Shown here piece by piece: positions 19,704-30,563 of a stretch of 64,000 nucleotides of DNA. Source of the stretch: Meyerozyma guilliermondii (taxonomy: Eukaryota); assembly GCA_051546255.1 (NCBI GenBank), contig CP128815.1, forward strand, positions 62,001-126,000, written 5' to 3'. Under the pieces are notes generated by a model, which was not told the DNA's origin, ran no database searches, and worked only from the letters and a program-made list of their open reading frames with translations. How positions within the stretch are numbered: the first letter of the stretch is position 1; every line of letters starts with the position of its first letter. A program made the translations under genes and the position numbers.

Positions 19704-19858
19704 TTGAACGTTTAGTTATGCTCTTACTTGAAGCCTGTTCTTATCCATTCATTTTGGTTAACATTTAACCCCCAGATAACTTTCTCTTCTAGAACTTTCG
19801 TCGGTCGTGTGCCGCCGTCGCAATATGAGTAACCTGCGATCGCATTCTTCATTACATC

Positions 19859-20314
19859 ATGTCGAACGATTGGGACCAAGTTACGTATATTGGTTCGAAA
19901 ACCAGAGTCGGGGGTGGCGGACCCAGACAGACCGTTGCTAAGACCGCAGCTGAGTTAAATGCTGCTCGCAGAGCTGGTGGAGTGGTTGGTACCGAAAAGA
20001 AATACGGAAGTACCAACACCAAAAGCAACCCCGAAGGACAAAGATTGACCAAGATTGACGCTGTTGATGATGTTGTTCCCACCAAGAAGGTGGAAGCCAG
20101 TGTCGGAAAGGCGATCCAACAAGCCAGACAAGAAAAGAAACTCACACAAAAGGATTTGGCTACCAAGATCAATGAGAAACCCAATGTGGTGAATGACTAT
20201 GAAGCCGGCCGTGCCGTGCCAAACCAGCAGCTTTTAGCCAAGATGGAGCGTGCATTGGGTGTCAAGTTGAGAGGAAAGGGCATTGGAGAGCCTTTGTTTG
20301 CAAAGAAGAAGTAG
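19859..20314 (+). CDS. MBF1: Multiprotein bridging factor 1
   Basis: [62 protein letters not shown]. Confidence 0.97.
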   Translation: MSNDWDQVTYIGSKTRVGGGGPRQTVAKTAAELNAARRAGGVVGTEKKYGSTNTKSNPEGQRLTKIDAVDDVVPTKKVEASVGKAIQQARQEKKLTQKDLATKINEKPNVVNDYEAGRAVPNQQLLAKMERALGVKLRGKGIGEPLFAKKK

Positions 20315-20400
20315 GAATGTAGGGCATAATCAATCGGACAATCGTTCAATCTTGTAGTTTGCTTTGTGGTTTAGCTCTACTTCTGTAGTTTCCGTAGTTG

Positions 20401-21633
20401 CTACTCCGTTCCAACAGTCTTCAAATAAACGTCGGTGCCCCATCCCAAGTAGCTTTGCATAGTTAACAGGCCCATAATTTTTGACCCTTCAGTCTTGTTG
20501 AAAATCTCCACATAATTCTTCAGCAACGGAAGTCCATATCCCATACCCGCCACAGTATTTCCAGCTGCTCCTGGTGGCACATTGAGTGTTTTGTAGCTAT
20601 CACCTTCTCCAGACTCGTAGGTTGAGAATGAATAGTCGAATATATGGCTGAGAATATTGGGAGGAATGCCCTTTCCCTTATCGCGGATTCTAAGCTCCAA
20701 GTAGGACGGCGACTCGGATGTCAGAATAGTCACCTGGACCGGGTCAGAAACACCATTTTCGATATGGGCTCTGAATGAGTTTTTGAAAATTTCCATAAGT
20801 ATGTAATCCAAATGGTATTCGATATAAGGAAACATATTGGGGTCTCCTTTGTTTCTGGGAGAGTCATGAGGGTCCTGACGGCTCCAGAATGCTGGGGGAT
20901 ACATGTTGGTATCTATGGTAATGGGAACGGACTGGTCGTACTTCATCAAGCATATATCATTGACGAGCTCGGCATTCTTGGTTATCACATCAGCAATATT
21001 GAGTTGTCTGATAACCCCATTGAACTTCCCTCCAGGAACGTACTCGTCGCTACAGAGAGTTTTCGTGAGTTGGACGTGTTGGTGAGCAATGAGTCTCATC
21101 ACGATTCGTTCACGAAGATGATTATCGAGAAAATGAGTCACTTGTTCCTGAGATATCAAATGCAAAACCTCGGTGAACCCCTTGGAAAGCACTGGCAACG
21201 TATCTGCGTGTACCTCGATAAAGTCTTCTAGAGTTTCCACAAACTTTTCGTTGTCTTGAGCGGTGGTTGGGGCATCTAGCGACGCCGTGATAAGCGACGA
21301 CATGGTGTGAAGATATGAGCTGTAGCATTCAGATATCGACGGATTGAGGATCACCAAGTACGGGAGTCGCCTAAAGTCGCTGAGCCGTCTGGCGTTGTAT
21401 ATAATTAGCCATTCAATTGTATCACGAGCATTCTGGAGAATGTAGTTGTGGTCGAGTTTTGTAGACTGGTCGTAGAGTCGGCGAAGCGAAAATTGGGGAA
21501 GTTGTTTCTCGGAGTAGTGATGAACCAATCTTTCAAGCAGGGATCGAATTTTGTACTCCTTTAAAAACATTTCTTGCTGAGACGATGTCAGCTGGAACCG
21601 ACAAGCTCGATTTAAAAGCGGTACAAACGCCAT
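20401..21633 (-). CDS. PKP1: Mitochondrial pyruvate dehydrogenase kinase; alternative ATG at 21672
   Basis: YKIRS, RLPY..NP.I, HLRERI; GHKL motifs EIFKNSFRA, IRDKGKGIP, FDYSFST, AGMGYGLP, GWGTDVYL. Confidence 0.8.
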   Translation of the reverse strand: MAFVPLLNRACRFQLTSSQQEMFLKEYKIRSLLERLVHHYSEKQLPQFSLRRLYDQSTKLDHNYILQNARDTIEWLIIYNARRLSDFRRLPYLVILNPSISECYSSYLHTMSSLITASLDAPTTAQDNEKFVETLEDFIEVHADTLPVLSKGFTEVLHLISQEQVTHFLDNHLRERIVMRLIAHQHVQLTKTLCSDEYVPGGKFNGVIRQLNIADVITKNAELVNDICLMKYDQSVPITIDTNMYPPAFWSRQDPHDSPRNKGDPNMFPYIEYHLDYILMEIFKNSFRAHIENGVSDPVQVTILTSESPSYLELRIRDKGKGIPPNILSHIFDYSFSTYESGEGDSYKTLNVPPGAAGNTVAGMGYGLPLLKNYVEIFNKTEGSKIMGLLTMQSYLGWGTDVYLKTVGTE

Positions 21634-21823
21634 GTTTCGAGGCCTGAAAGTGGCCCTGGATGTAATTATCATGGTCAGCTGACAAAATCTGGTCTTTATT
21701 TGGCGACAAGTAACTTGCTAACTTATTTTGATCAACCCTGAATATAGAAACTCTATCTCCTGCACCACCAATTTTCGTATCTCCTGCACCAACTACAAGA
21801 TCGTGCAATTTAACTACAGACAT

Positions 21824-23272
21824 ATGAGTGACAAATGTACCATTTGCAACAATAAAAACGAAAGCGACGATTGGATACAGTGTGACATATGTCTCGATTG
21901 GTTCCACACACCCTGTGTTCGACTTCTGGCCTCAGACGTGAAAGACTTACATTCGTACCATTGTGTGGAGTGTGCACGCGACCATGGCCCGCTGGTTCAA
22001 AGGCGAAAACTGAAGCGTACAAAGACCAAAATCGACTACATAGCACTCGACCAAGGCGAGGTGTTTGCTGTGGATAAGGAAGTGCATCCACACCTTCATA
22101 AATTTTTACAGTATACCCCAGACGCTTCTTGCATCGACATCACTGATGAGCTTACGGCTGATTATGCGTTACGCACGCGTCTTACGAAGCCCGTACTCGT
22201 TCCACGAGCCGCTAGTCGAGGTATAGGAGGCATGAAGTTTCCTCAAAACCCCACCGATATCACCATTGATTACATTGCCGAATGCGTTGGCGACGATGAG
22301 CCAGTCGAAGTGATGGACGTACTTTCTCAGCAGGGAAGTGGTGGGTGGACCATGGGACGCTGGCGTGACTACTTCAAAACCGAAAAAAGTGACCGAGACC
22401 GGATCCGTAATGTTATTTCATTGGAAATATCGCAGGTTGAAGGTCTAGGTCGAGACTTTGTACGGCCGCAAATGGTGCGTGATCTCGACATTTTGGACAC
22501 GGTTTGGAACGACGACGTCCTGGGTGAGAAGCCCCAGGTGTCCAAGTACTGCTTGATGTCGGTTCTGGGCTCATACACCGACTTTCACATCGATTTTGGT
22601 GGTACTTCGGTCTACTACACCGTGTGTTCTGGTTCGAAAACGTTCCTCATGTTTCCTCCCACGGAGCACAATCTCCAGTTGTACGAGTCGTGGTGCTTAG
22701 AGGAACACCAGAACTTTATGTGGTTTCCTGAGTACACAATTGGCCGCAAATCTCGAGGAAAACTGTCATTTGCAACCGGAGGTTTTGCCGTCACATTATC
22801 GCCGGGCGACCTTTTCATCATCCCCAGTGGCTGGATCCACGCCGTCCACACGCCAGTCGATTCCATAGTCATTGGCGGCAACTTTCTTACGTTCATGAAT
22901 CTCGCTACCCAAGTCCGCATCAACCAAATTGAACGGTCCACAAAAGTCCCGCCCAAATTTCGGTTTCCCCAGTTCAACCGAGTACTCTGGCTCGCAGCAG
23001 CACACTTGGTGTTCCATTCTCCCACCAACTTACTACCTGGACCCTTAAAACAACATTCTGACGACGACTCTATTGTTGGTGAGCCGCGCGACCCGATAGC
23101 CGACAACGGCTCGGCCCAAACTGCGATACACGAACTCTACCAACATCTCTGCTGGCACTATGAACTCAGTAAATCAAACAAGGTGGCTCGTGCCAGCATC
23201 CCTATATCCACGGTAGGCAAGGATATTCCGCAATTTCTCTCCCAATTGTCCCAATTTTCACAACCATTGTGA
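21824..23272 (+). CDS. JHD1: PHD + JmjC histone H3K36 demethylase
   Basis: PHD CTIC..WIQCDICLDWFHTPC..CVEC; JmjC IRNVISLE, YTDFHIDFGG, IPSGWIHAVHTP..GGNFL; first ATG at 21824. Confidence 0.92.
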   Translation: MSDKCTICNNKNESDDWIQCDICLDWFHTPCVRLLASDVKDLHSYHCVECARDHGPLVQRRKLKRTKTKIDYIALDQGEVFAVDKEVHPHLHKFLQYTPDASCIDITDELTADYALRTRLTKPVLVPRAASRGIGGMKFPQNPTDITIDYIAECVGDDEPVEVMDVLSQQGSGGWTMGRWRDYFKTEKSDRDRIRNVISLEISQVEGLGRDFVRPQMVRDLDILDTVWNDDVLGEKPQVSKYCLMSVLGSYTDFHIDFGGTSVYYTVCSGSKTFLMFPPTEHNLQLYESWCLEEHQNFMWFPEYTIGRKSRGKLSFATGGFAVTLSPGDLFIIPSGWIHAVHTPVDSIVIGGNFLTFMNLATQVRINQIERSTKVPPKFRFPQFNRVLWLAAAHLVFHSPTNLLPGPLKQHSDDDSIVGEPRDPIADNGSAQTAIHELYQHLCWHYELSKSNKVARASIPISTVGKDIPQFLSQLSQFSQPL

Positions 23273-23349
23273 CCTGCATCAAGAGCTGGCTATAAAAATG
23301 CGGAGTGATGCGGCTTGCACTCAAACAACTTTCTTTTCAAACTACACCG

Positions 23350-26300
23350 ATGACTCGACGGTCTTCAGATACTTCTGGCTCACTTGCCAGTTCTGTGGAG
23401 TCGTCTTTGAGAGTCGAACCGTTGCAGTTTCAAGAAAATGAACGAGAGGGTCCATTCAACGTTTACGAAGACGGAGATGAGACCGGTGTTTACACTTCCG
23501 AAGATAAGAAGCCAACCCCTTCATATTACCATAAGCTTCTCAATAGGGCCAAACCTGAGTATATCACCAAGCATTTGGATTATGCACTGTTCAAAGTGGT
23601 GTTTCGAACCTGGGTACAGATATGGTCGTCGGTGATAATCTGCGTTGTTCCTCGGTCTCGTACTTGGGTTGGTCCTGCTGCATACTTATTTCAAATCATA
23701 GGGTTCATTGCTGTCTCTGGAGGCACCTCTATGGTATTCAATCTCGCAATGTCTTTTATGTGTATGGTTTATATCCTCATTGGATGGCTCCATAGCATTA
23801 TTGCTTTGGCGATATCAGTCAAGCTTAGAGGCAATACTTCACCACAAGAATATGCTGAGAGTCTTATCAGAGAAGGTATTTGTACTATGGAAAACTTGGA
23901 AGCTTGCACGGCTGCCGATATCTACTCTGGTCGTCATTTACAAACGAGATGTACGGTGATATTTATCTTTGCCATATTATCGTCTATGATAATTTTTGGC
24001 CTTTCGCTGAGAATACACCCAACTTTTCGTCAAGGTATGATATGTGGTATCATCGCTATGCTTATCAACGTATGTTATGACGTCTTTTATCCAGTTTTCC
24101 TTCCACTTCAAGTGGGTCTAGCAGTATTGAAACCAATGGGACTTGCCCTTGCTTTAAAAGTGGTATGTCTGATGGTTGTGTTTCCAACCACGTCAAATTT
24201 CCGCTATGTTGATGGAGTATTGAAGCATTTGAAAGCGCTCGAAAAGGCTTGCAAAGGCAACTCTCGGTTCTTGTCCTCGTGCAAACCATCAGAACCAAAT
24301 TTCGGTAATTATAAAAAGTTTGCCCGTGATATTGTTGGGATCCGACTGAAGCTACCTCTACTTGACTTGGACGCTCTTCTTTCAAAGTACGAAATAACGT
24401 TTGGTCGATTTGATGCTGGTTCCATCGGTGAAATGCGTTCAAGTCTACGGAACGTAATCAGTTTCAGTTCCAGTTTTGAACAGTACTATCAGATGTTTGA
24501 AGAAAGGGTCGATTTGGCTAACAACAACATCCGAGGATTATCAAGGAGAAGGAGTTCAGTGGGGTCTAGCAAATTTGAAGATGATGGCCATTCTAAGCTC
24601 TTTGCTACCGTTCACGAACACTACCGAGTAGTGGGGGAATATGAGGACAAGAAGCGAATCAACTTACTTCGCAAGAGAATATGTAATGTTGACCCACAAG
24701 ATAGGGTGACTTTGCTCGATATCGTTCATATCTCAGAGCTTAGTTCCACACTCTTCACACGATTTCTCGAGACAAACACAAAATCAATTGCGGACATTAT
24801 AAAATGGATTGAAGCTGCTAACCAATTCAGAATTTATTCGCTTTTACCAAAGAAATGGGAACTTCACAAGGAAAAGCAAAAGGAAATGAATGAAGTTTTG
24901 GTGGAAACCAGACAAACACTATTAGTTGCCATCAAAGAATTGGGTTCAACTGACAAACTAATTGCTGCTGTGAAAGAATTTTCAAAAAATGAAGAAGTGT
25001 TGTTGAGCTTGATAACTCACACTTGCCTCTTGTTGTACGTGACAAAGCAACAAACCGAATCGATCTTACGCTTGGTAGATCTCCTCCTTTCTATCGATGA
25101 ATCGACTCCTACTCCAAAAATCTTCACCTTCTTCGGTAAGTCCAAGCGAGACAAACCTAGAGTCAGGTCACATTTGAATATGGATGAGAGTCCTGATGAC
25201 ATTTCAACTCCAAATATAGACACCGGCGTTCAGCGTCGTAACCCTGATGCGTTAGCTCCAACATCCATTTTTCATTACTTTGGTTCGAAGACTATCAAGA
25301 TCTATAAACTTCTTATGAACAAGCATTTGTGGTTTTGGATACGATCTGGAGTCTTAACCTGCGTTTGTGCTACCCCTTTCTTCTGTCGAACAACGGCTAG
25401 TTGGTATCATGGTAATCGTTTGGTGTGGATTGTCATTATGTGTGGAGTGTCGACTTCAGAATACACTGGGGAAACAATCTATGTGTTTTACTGCAAGGTT
25501 GTGTACTCCTTCTTTGGCTGCTTGTTAGGCATGGTTATGTGGTACATCTCCACTGGAAATGGAAGAGGAAACTATTATGGTTATAGTGCCGTCACTGCCG
25601 TTGGATACTTGTATCTCACCTACTATCGTCATTTCTCTTCCCACCGAGCATTAGTACCAGCGATTTTGTTTGCGGTGACTTGTTCCTTGGTAATGGGAAC
25701 AAGTTGGGTCGACGGACAATATAACCATCTAGCAAATGTTGGCTATGGTTTCCATGTCGCATGGTTGAGATTTATTAGTGTCATCATCGGATTATGTGTT
25801 GGATTCCTTGCCAGTATCATTCCCAAGCCATCTACAAGTAAAGTTGCAATTCGCAAAATTCTTGCAAAGGTTTTAAGTGAATCTGCTAATCTCCATTGCG
25901 CTGTCTCCAATTTTGCATTGAATCGTGTCGAGAACTCCCAGGTGCATTTGTTGGACCGCCATGATCTAACCGTGGAGAAATTTCGATCCGTATTGATAAT
26001 CTTGGCCGGTATTTCCCATTTAATGACACCCATTCAATTTGAGGTTCCATTGACGGGAATCTGGCCAGAAAAACTCTACAAGAGATTACAGAATGCAGTG
26101 ACTGATATTATCCAGCTATATTTCATTTTATTGTCCATATTCAACAGGGTAGAAGATCCTGCTACATGGATTCCTCATATGCTCCGAAGAATAGGCTGGA
26201 CTGACACCGAACTATGTGCTGATTTGTTTGCTGTGGCACATATGACTTCTGGCTCCTTGAGCAGTAAGCGAGAATTGCCCAAGTTTACCAGAGCAAATAT

Positions 26301-26637
26301 CTCGTTGAAACATCTTGACTTGCTTCGTTCCCAGTGGGGAATCACTCGATTTTCACTTAACGAAAGGTTTTACTCAGAGGAGAAAGAGAAGGAAAATGAA
26401 GGTGATTCTGATGTATTGCATGATTCATTGATGGAAAACATAGACTTCAATGCACTCTTCAGTGCAGATGGTCAACTTGACATTGTGGCGCTTATAATTG
26501 GACACTTGATTTACAAGCGGTTTGATGAGGTGATGTTAATCGTCAAGCAATTAGTTGGCGAGAAATATGATATGCATGAGTCAATCTTTGACGTTGCCGA
26601 CGACGAGAATGATTCGCTTCTCAGAAACCTGAACTAA
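23350..26637 (+). CDS. Multi-pass membrane protein of the ArAE_2/FUSC-like family (YGL140C/Bre4-like); alternative ATG at 23308
   Basis: About 1095 aa with two hydrophobic helix clusters; RRNPDALAP, AWLRFISVIIG, EVPLTGIWP; TATAAAA at 23291-23297. Confidence 0.7.
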   Translation: MTRRSSDTSGSLASSVESSLRVEPLQFQENEREGPFNVYEDGDETGVYTSEDKKPTPSYYHKLLNRAKPEYITKHLDYALFKVVFRTWVQIWSSVIICVVPRSRTWVGPAAYLFQIIGFIAVSGGTSMVFNLAMSFMCMVYILIGWLHSIIALAISVKLRGNTSPQEYAESLIREGICTMENLEACTAADIYSGRHLQTRCTVIFIFAILSSMIIFGLSLRIHPTFRQGMICGIIAMLINVCYDVFYPVFLPLQVGLAVLKPMGLALALKVVCLMVVFPTTSNFRYVDGVLKHLKALEKACKGNSRFLSSCKPSEPNFGNYKKFARDIVGIRLKLPLLDLDALLSKYEITFGRFDAGSIGEMRSSLRNVISFSSSFEQYYQMFEERVDLANNNIRGLSRRRSSVGSSKFEDDGHSKLFATVHEHYRVVGEYEDKKRINLLRKRICNVDPQDRVTLLDIVHISELSSTLFTRFLETNTKSIADIIKWIEAANQFRIYSLLPKKWELHKEKQKEMNEVLVETRQTLLVAIKELGSTDKLIAAVKEFSKNEEVLLSLITHTCLLLYVTKQQTESILRLVDLLLSIDESTPTPKIFTFFGKSKRDKPRVRSHLNMDESPDDISTPNIDTGVQRRNPDALAPTSIFHYFGSKTIKIYKLLMNKHLWFWIRSGVLTCVCATPFFCRTTASWYHGNRLVWIVIMCGVSTSEYTGETIYVFYCKVVYSFFGCLLGMVMWYISTGNGRGNYYGYSAVTAVGYLYLTYYRHFSSHRALVPAILFAVTCSLVMGTSWVDGQYNHLANVGYGFHVAWLRFISVIIGLCVGFLASIIPKPSTSKVAIRKILAKVLSESANLHCAVSNFALNRVENSQVHLLDRHDLTVEKFRSVLIILAGISHLMTPIQFEVPLTGIWPEKLYKRLQNAVTDIIQLYFILLSIFNRVEDPATWIPHMLRRIGWTDTELCADLFAVAHMTSGSLSSKRELPKFTRANISLKHLDLLRSQWGITRFSLNERFYSEEKEKENEGDSDVLHDSLMENIDFNALFSADGQLDIVALIIGHLIYKRFDEVMLIVKQLVGEKYDMHESIFDVADDENDSLLRNLN

Positions 26638-26663
26638 TGATATTATTTATATGTATAACGTAA

Positions 26664-27914
26664 CTAAAGGTCCAATTTTTTACCCTTTTCTCTAACAGAT
26701 TCTCCATACTTTTTGATTCTAATCGATTGCACGGCAATGAAACCAGAAGTATCTTCAGGAGAAAATCCGGTCAACTCATCCATAGAAGATTCAGTCTCAT
26801 CGTACAATTTTTCCGTGTCGGACGATCTACCCAAGATGGTCAATGAGCCCTTGTAGCATCTAGCTCTGACGGTACCATTGACGGTCTTTTGCGAAGGAGC
26901 GATCATATCACGAACGTACTCACATTCTGGAGTGAAGTACATACCATTGTATAACAACTTGGAGTATGTGACAGTGACAAATTGGTCTCTGATAGCACGA
27001 ACCTCACGGTCCAAGGTCAAACCTTCCAAGTCAATATGAGTAGATCTCAAGATAGTCAAACCTGGAGTTTCGTAACATCCTCTGGACTTGATACCAATGA
27101 ATCTGTTTTCCACAATGTCAATTCTGCCGACACCGTTTCTTCTAGCCAAGGCATTAGCCTCGAGGAACAATTCAACAGGATCAGTGACAACCTTCTTTCC
27201 GCCGTCCAACACCAACTTGACTGGCAATCCTTTTTCAAACACCACGGAAAAATCTTCTGGAGTGTCTGGTGCATCGGTAGGGTCTACCGTCAACTTCCAC
27301 ATATCCTTTGGAGGAGTAGTATCAGGGTTTTCCAAAATACCAGCTTCGAAGGAAATGTGAGCCAAGTTTTCGTCAGTAGACCATGGCTTGGCTTTGGTTT
27401 GAGCCACGGGAATGTTCTTCGATTCAGCGTACTCCAACAATGCCTTTCTACCAGCAAATCTGTTGAAAAACTCAGGATCTCTCCATGGTGCAATGACAAC
27501 CACGTCAGGTTTCAAAGCGTAGAACGACAACTCGAATCTGACCTGGTCATTACCTTTACCTGTGCATCCATGAGATACTGCAAAACAATCGTTCTCTTCT
27601 GCCACCTTGATCTGAGCTTGGGCAATCACTGGTCTAGCCAACGAAGTTCCCAACAAGTAAACGTTCTCATAGATAGCATTGGCCTGAATAGCTGGGAAAC
27701 AAACGCTCTCAACAAACTCCTTTCTCACATCAACTACCACAAATTTGGTAGCACCAATGGCCAATGCCTTTTTCTCGGCAGCTTCAAAGTCTTCTTCTTG
27801 ACCAATATTTGCCAAGAAAGCAATGACTTCATAGCCTTGTTCCAATAACCATGCCAAGATAACGGAGGTATCTAAGCCACCAGAGTATGCCAAACAAACT
27901 TTTCCTTTAGACAT
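26664..27914 (-). CDS. ARG1: Argininosuccinate synthase
   Basis: MSKGKVCLAYSGGLDTS, HGCTGKGNDQVRFE, GVGRIDIVENRFIGIKSRGCYETPG. Confidence 0.98.
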   Translation of the reverse strand: MSKGKVCLAYSGGLDTSVILAWLLEQGYEVIAFLANIGQEEDFEAAEKKALAIGATKFVVVDVRKEFVESVCFPAIQANAIYENVYLLGTSLARPVIAQAQIKVAEENDCFAVSHGCTGKGNDQVRFELSFYALKPDVVVIAPWRDPEFFNRFAGRKALLEYAESKNIPVAQTKAKPWSTDENLAHISFEAGILENPDTTPPKDMWKLTVDPTDAPDTPEDFSVVFEKGLPVKLVLDGGKKVVTDPVELFLEANALARRNGVGRIDIVENRFIGIKSRGCYETPGLTILRSTHIDLEGLTLDREVRAIRDQFVTVTYSKLLYNGMYFTPECEYVRDMIAPSQKTVNGTVRARCYKGSLTILGRSSDTEKLYDETESSMDELTGFSPEDTSGFIAVQSIRIKKYGESVREKGKKLDL

Positions 27915-27950
27915 CTTTTTCAAACTTAAAAAATGCGGTGAGAAATTAAT

Positions 27951-28117
27951 TGAAAAATTTGGTGCGCTTATATAGTTTCCGCACCGATAACACAGCGCGG
28001 TTAGCGCCCATTGCCTTGTTGAGTCATTGGTGTGCGCACGCCTGTGCGAAGGAGCTTCCCGACCTGCTGAGCTAATGAGTAATTCTGCTTAGTTAATCAT
28101 GACTCGTTGAGGAGTCA
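27951..28117. promoter_or_regulatory. ARG1/VHR1 divergent promoter: TATA box and a cluster of Gcn4-type sites
   Basis: TATATAA on the - strand at about 27968-27974; TGAGTCA 28020-28026, TGAGTAA 28076-28082, TGACTC 28100-28105, GAGTCA 28112-28117. Confidence 0.7.
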
Positions 28118-28255
28118 CCTTTGGAACAGACATCACACTCGCTTACTTATTTGCCCACGGCAAAATTTGGGTTTTCTTTAGTTGGTATCTTATGAACTCC
28201 TGACGCTACCACAGTTACAATTTGATTTCCTCAGTGGCTCTTTGTAAAGAAAGAA

Positions 28256-29869
28256 ATGATGACTCTGAGTCATCTTGGAGAGTCCGAAGATCTTCACCGA
28301 AGAGTCGGAGTTACTCACTATATACGAACAAAACTCAACTTTTTCGACGACACGCTCTGGAAACGGTTTTCCGCTCGGAGGCTCGAGTTGATCGATGCTT
28401 TGGATCTCAGCTGCCGCAAGGCTTCAGAGCAGGAATCGGAAATCAAACGAGTAGCGGAAACCCTTCGGCTCGAGTTCAATTACGGTCCGGAGTACATCCA
28501 GGATTTCGATAGGCTTGTACGTGCTGCCATTCAGAGCGTGAGACGAAATCGAAAACGATCCTTAAAGCAAACCAATAACGCCAGCTCCCGAAAGAAAAAA
28601 CTCAAAACTGCTAGTTCAGTTTCGCTTTCGGAGTATCATGAGTCTCCATCTCCCGAACAGGTATTGTCAACTATCGCAACCCCCTCATATTCTACTGACG
28701 AAGATATGTCGAGCCTTCGTTTTGTGTCTGAGATAGCTCGTCTTCATTCCGATTCACAGGATGATATGGATGGATACAACAGAAGTCGGCGGTTCACTCT
28801 GCATGACAAGTCTCGGGCAGTGATCGATTCTATCATTCAACCGAAGCAGACAAAGTTGCATCCTCGGACTTTACCTCCGTTAACGGCCCGAAATAGCAGT
28901 TTTCAAGGAAACTCAACTTATGCTGCTCTCCTTGGTTTCATCGAACGATCGAAAACTTGTGCTGATTCGACGGTCGCCCAAGGTTCTAACCTAGAAAATC
29001 TAGGACGGAGTGCTATCCAATGCTGTGTCTCGTATATTTTCGAGACTTCTTTAAGCGATACCAGCCTGGCATCGGTGGAATACTTGAACACAAGAATCAC
29101 CTCTCCTCTGTTCTTAGCCACGCTTTATCGGGACCTCGACCCTCTGCAAGCATCTTGTGACGACGAGGTGGCTGTGATCTCGTTGCATACCTTGATTGGA
29201 GGCTGCATCAAAGACTTTGGATTCGGTCAGGTTATGATGGTACTCAGTGACTGTCTACACAGCGCCGTAATTCAAAGTTATCCATTACTAACCAAAAAGC
29301 CAGGACAGACTTCTGGTAATATCACTCCTGTAGCTGCGGGCTCAACAACACATCTTGACTCGTTAGCAACAATTGCTACAAATTTGCAAGATGATAGGAA
29401 ACGGTCCTCACCATCCACCGATGACGACAAGAAAAATAAAAAGGCTGTTACTTTGAGGTACATGAACACAGTCCTAGCGTTCTCGTACCCAGCCACAACC
29501 TCTGCCGTGCCTCGATTAATAGAGCTTTTAGATAATGGTCGAACGGCATTTCATATAACGCATTTGGGGGACACAAGAGTCTTGGGGTTGAGAAATATGA
29601 GAGATGGAAAAATCATTAACTCTGACTCCACCCTAGAAATGATATTCAAAAAGGATGAGAGAATCGAATTAGAACTCTACATTCAAGACTCCAAAGCGGT
29701 TCCCATTTCTGAGCTCACATCAACCATATCACCAAATGTTCAGAACCCTATTGTACTTCCACCAGTAGGGAAAATCATAAGTCAACCACCTGACAACCAA
29801 GCATTTCCTTTCTTGTCGAAGAAAGAAGGTACACCTCCACTCCAGCCTAATTTCCAGCCACTATTATAG
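28256..29869 (+). CDS. VHR1: Vhr1-family transcription factor
   Basis: GVTHYIRTKLNFFDDTLWKRFSARRLELID..RKASEQ..LRLEFNY..DFDRLVRAAIQSVRRNRKRS (VHR domain). Confidence 0.85.
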   Translation: MMTLSHLGESEDLHRRVGVTHYIRTKLNFFDDTLWKRFSARRLELIDALDLSCRKASEQESEIKRVAETLRLEFNYGPEYIQDFDRLVRAAIQSVRRNRKRSLKQTNNASSRKKKLKTASSVSLSEYHESPSPEQVLSTIATPSYSTDEDMSSLRFVSEIARLHSDSQDDMDGYNRSRRFTLHDKSRAVIDSIIQPKQTKLHPRTLPPLTARNSSFQGNSTYAALLGFIERSKTCADSTVAQGSNLENLGRSAIQCCVSYIFETSLSDTSLASVEYLNTRITSPLFLATLYRDLDPLQASCDDEVAVISLHTLIGGCIKDFGFGQVMMVLSDCLHSAVIQSYPLLTKKPGQTSGNITPVAAGSTTHLDSLATIATNLQDDRKRSSPSTDDDKKNKKAVTLRYMNTVLAFSYPATTSAVPRLIELLDNGRTAFHITHLGDTRVLGLRNMRDGKIINSDSTLEMIFKKDERIELELYIQDSKAVPISELTSTISPNVQNPIVLPPVGKIISQPPDNQAFPFLSKKEGTPPLQPNFQPLL

Positions 29870-29991
29870 ATTATGGATATACGTTTTTTTATCACCGTCT
29901 GTTAATGTACCTGCATAATGTGTATGTGCCGCAAACTGTTCGATTTCGCAGCCATTTGTACCTTAGCATCTGTGTTAGTTAAAAGGCTGAA

Positions 29992-30558
29992 ATGGCAGAT
30001 CGTAAAGAGGTTCTATCGCCCCCCAATCTCCCCCAGAGACCAAATAACAGCTCGCCTTCAAATGTCACTTCAGGACACCAATTCACCGTGGTAACATTAT
30101 CTCCTCTGAGAAGAGAGGAGTTTTGTGGAGGAAGAATCGTATTTCCTGGAGATAAAGAACATATGATTGGAGTCTTTAATTCTGGTTCAAATTTGAATGA
30201 ACTTGGTGATAGCCGGAAAGCAGTTTCTGTTCCTGCCAAAGTGAAAGTGGTAGAGTGGATGAAAAATGTCCCGATAATTTTAGCCTATGAAGATAACATT
30301 TGTTTTCTGGAATGTTATCCTGGATGCACCGATGATGACACCTCTTCAAATAGTCTGCTTACTGACTTCACAGACGATGTTGTGGAGTTCCAAGCACGAA
30401 AAATTACCCAGTATGTGCGGCAAATGTACATGGCTGAGCCAGAACCGGTTGCCTCATTGCTGTGTGTGCGAGAAGAAGTGCCTTATAGTCAGGAATCGTA
30501 CGGTGATTGTGAGAATCTGAGTGTGTTCTATGGAATTACGTCACAAGCCGAATGCTAA
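29992..30558 (+). CDS. Hypothetical protein, 188 aa (C-terminal motif reminiscent of Sfg1)
   Basis: ATG-initiated ORF that fills the gap between VHR1 and HSH155; KVVEWMKNVPI..CYP..FQARKIT..VRQMY. Confidence 0.55.
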   Translation: MADRKEVLSPPNLPQRPNNSSPSNVTSGHQFTVVTLSPLRREEFCGGRIVFPGDKEHMIGVFNSGSNLNELGDSRKAVSVPAKVKVVEWMKNVPIILAYEDNICFLECYPGCTDDDTSSNSLLTDFTDDVVEFQARKITQYVRQMYMAEPEPVASLLCVREEVPYSQESYGDCENLSVFYGITSQAEC

Positions 30559-30563
30559 TTGAT

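Noticed and set aside
19640..19766. Possible snoRNA in the TSC13/MBF1 gap (ACCAA/TTGGT stem, ACA-NNN end, 10 nt complementary to recalled 25S ATGAATGGAT)
   Set aside because: No proper C/D box pair and guide-to-ACA spacing is off; needs an Rfam/snoGPS scan, so I do not call it
26982..27848. 288-aa ORF antisense to ARG1
   Set aside because: Non-ATG start and no family motifs; best explained as a shadow frame of a codon-biased gene
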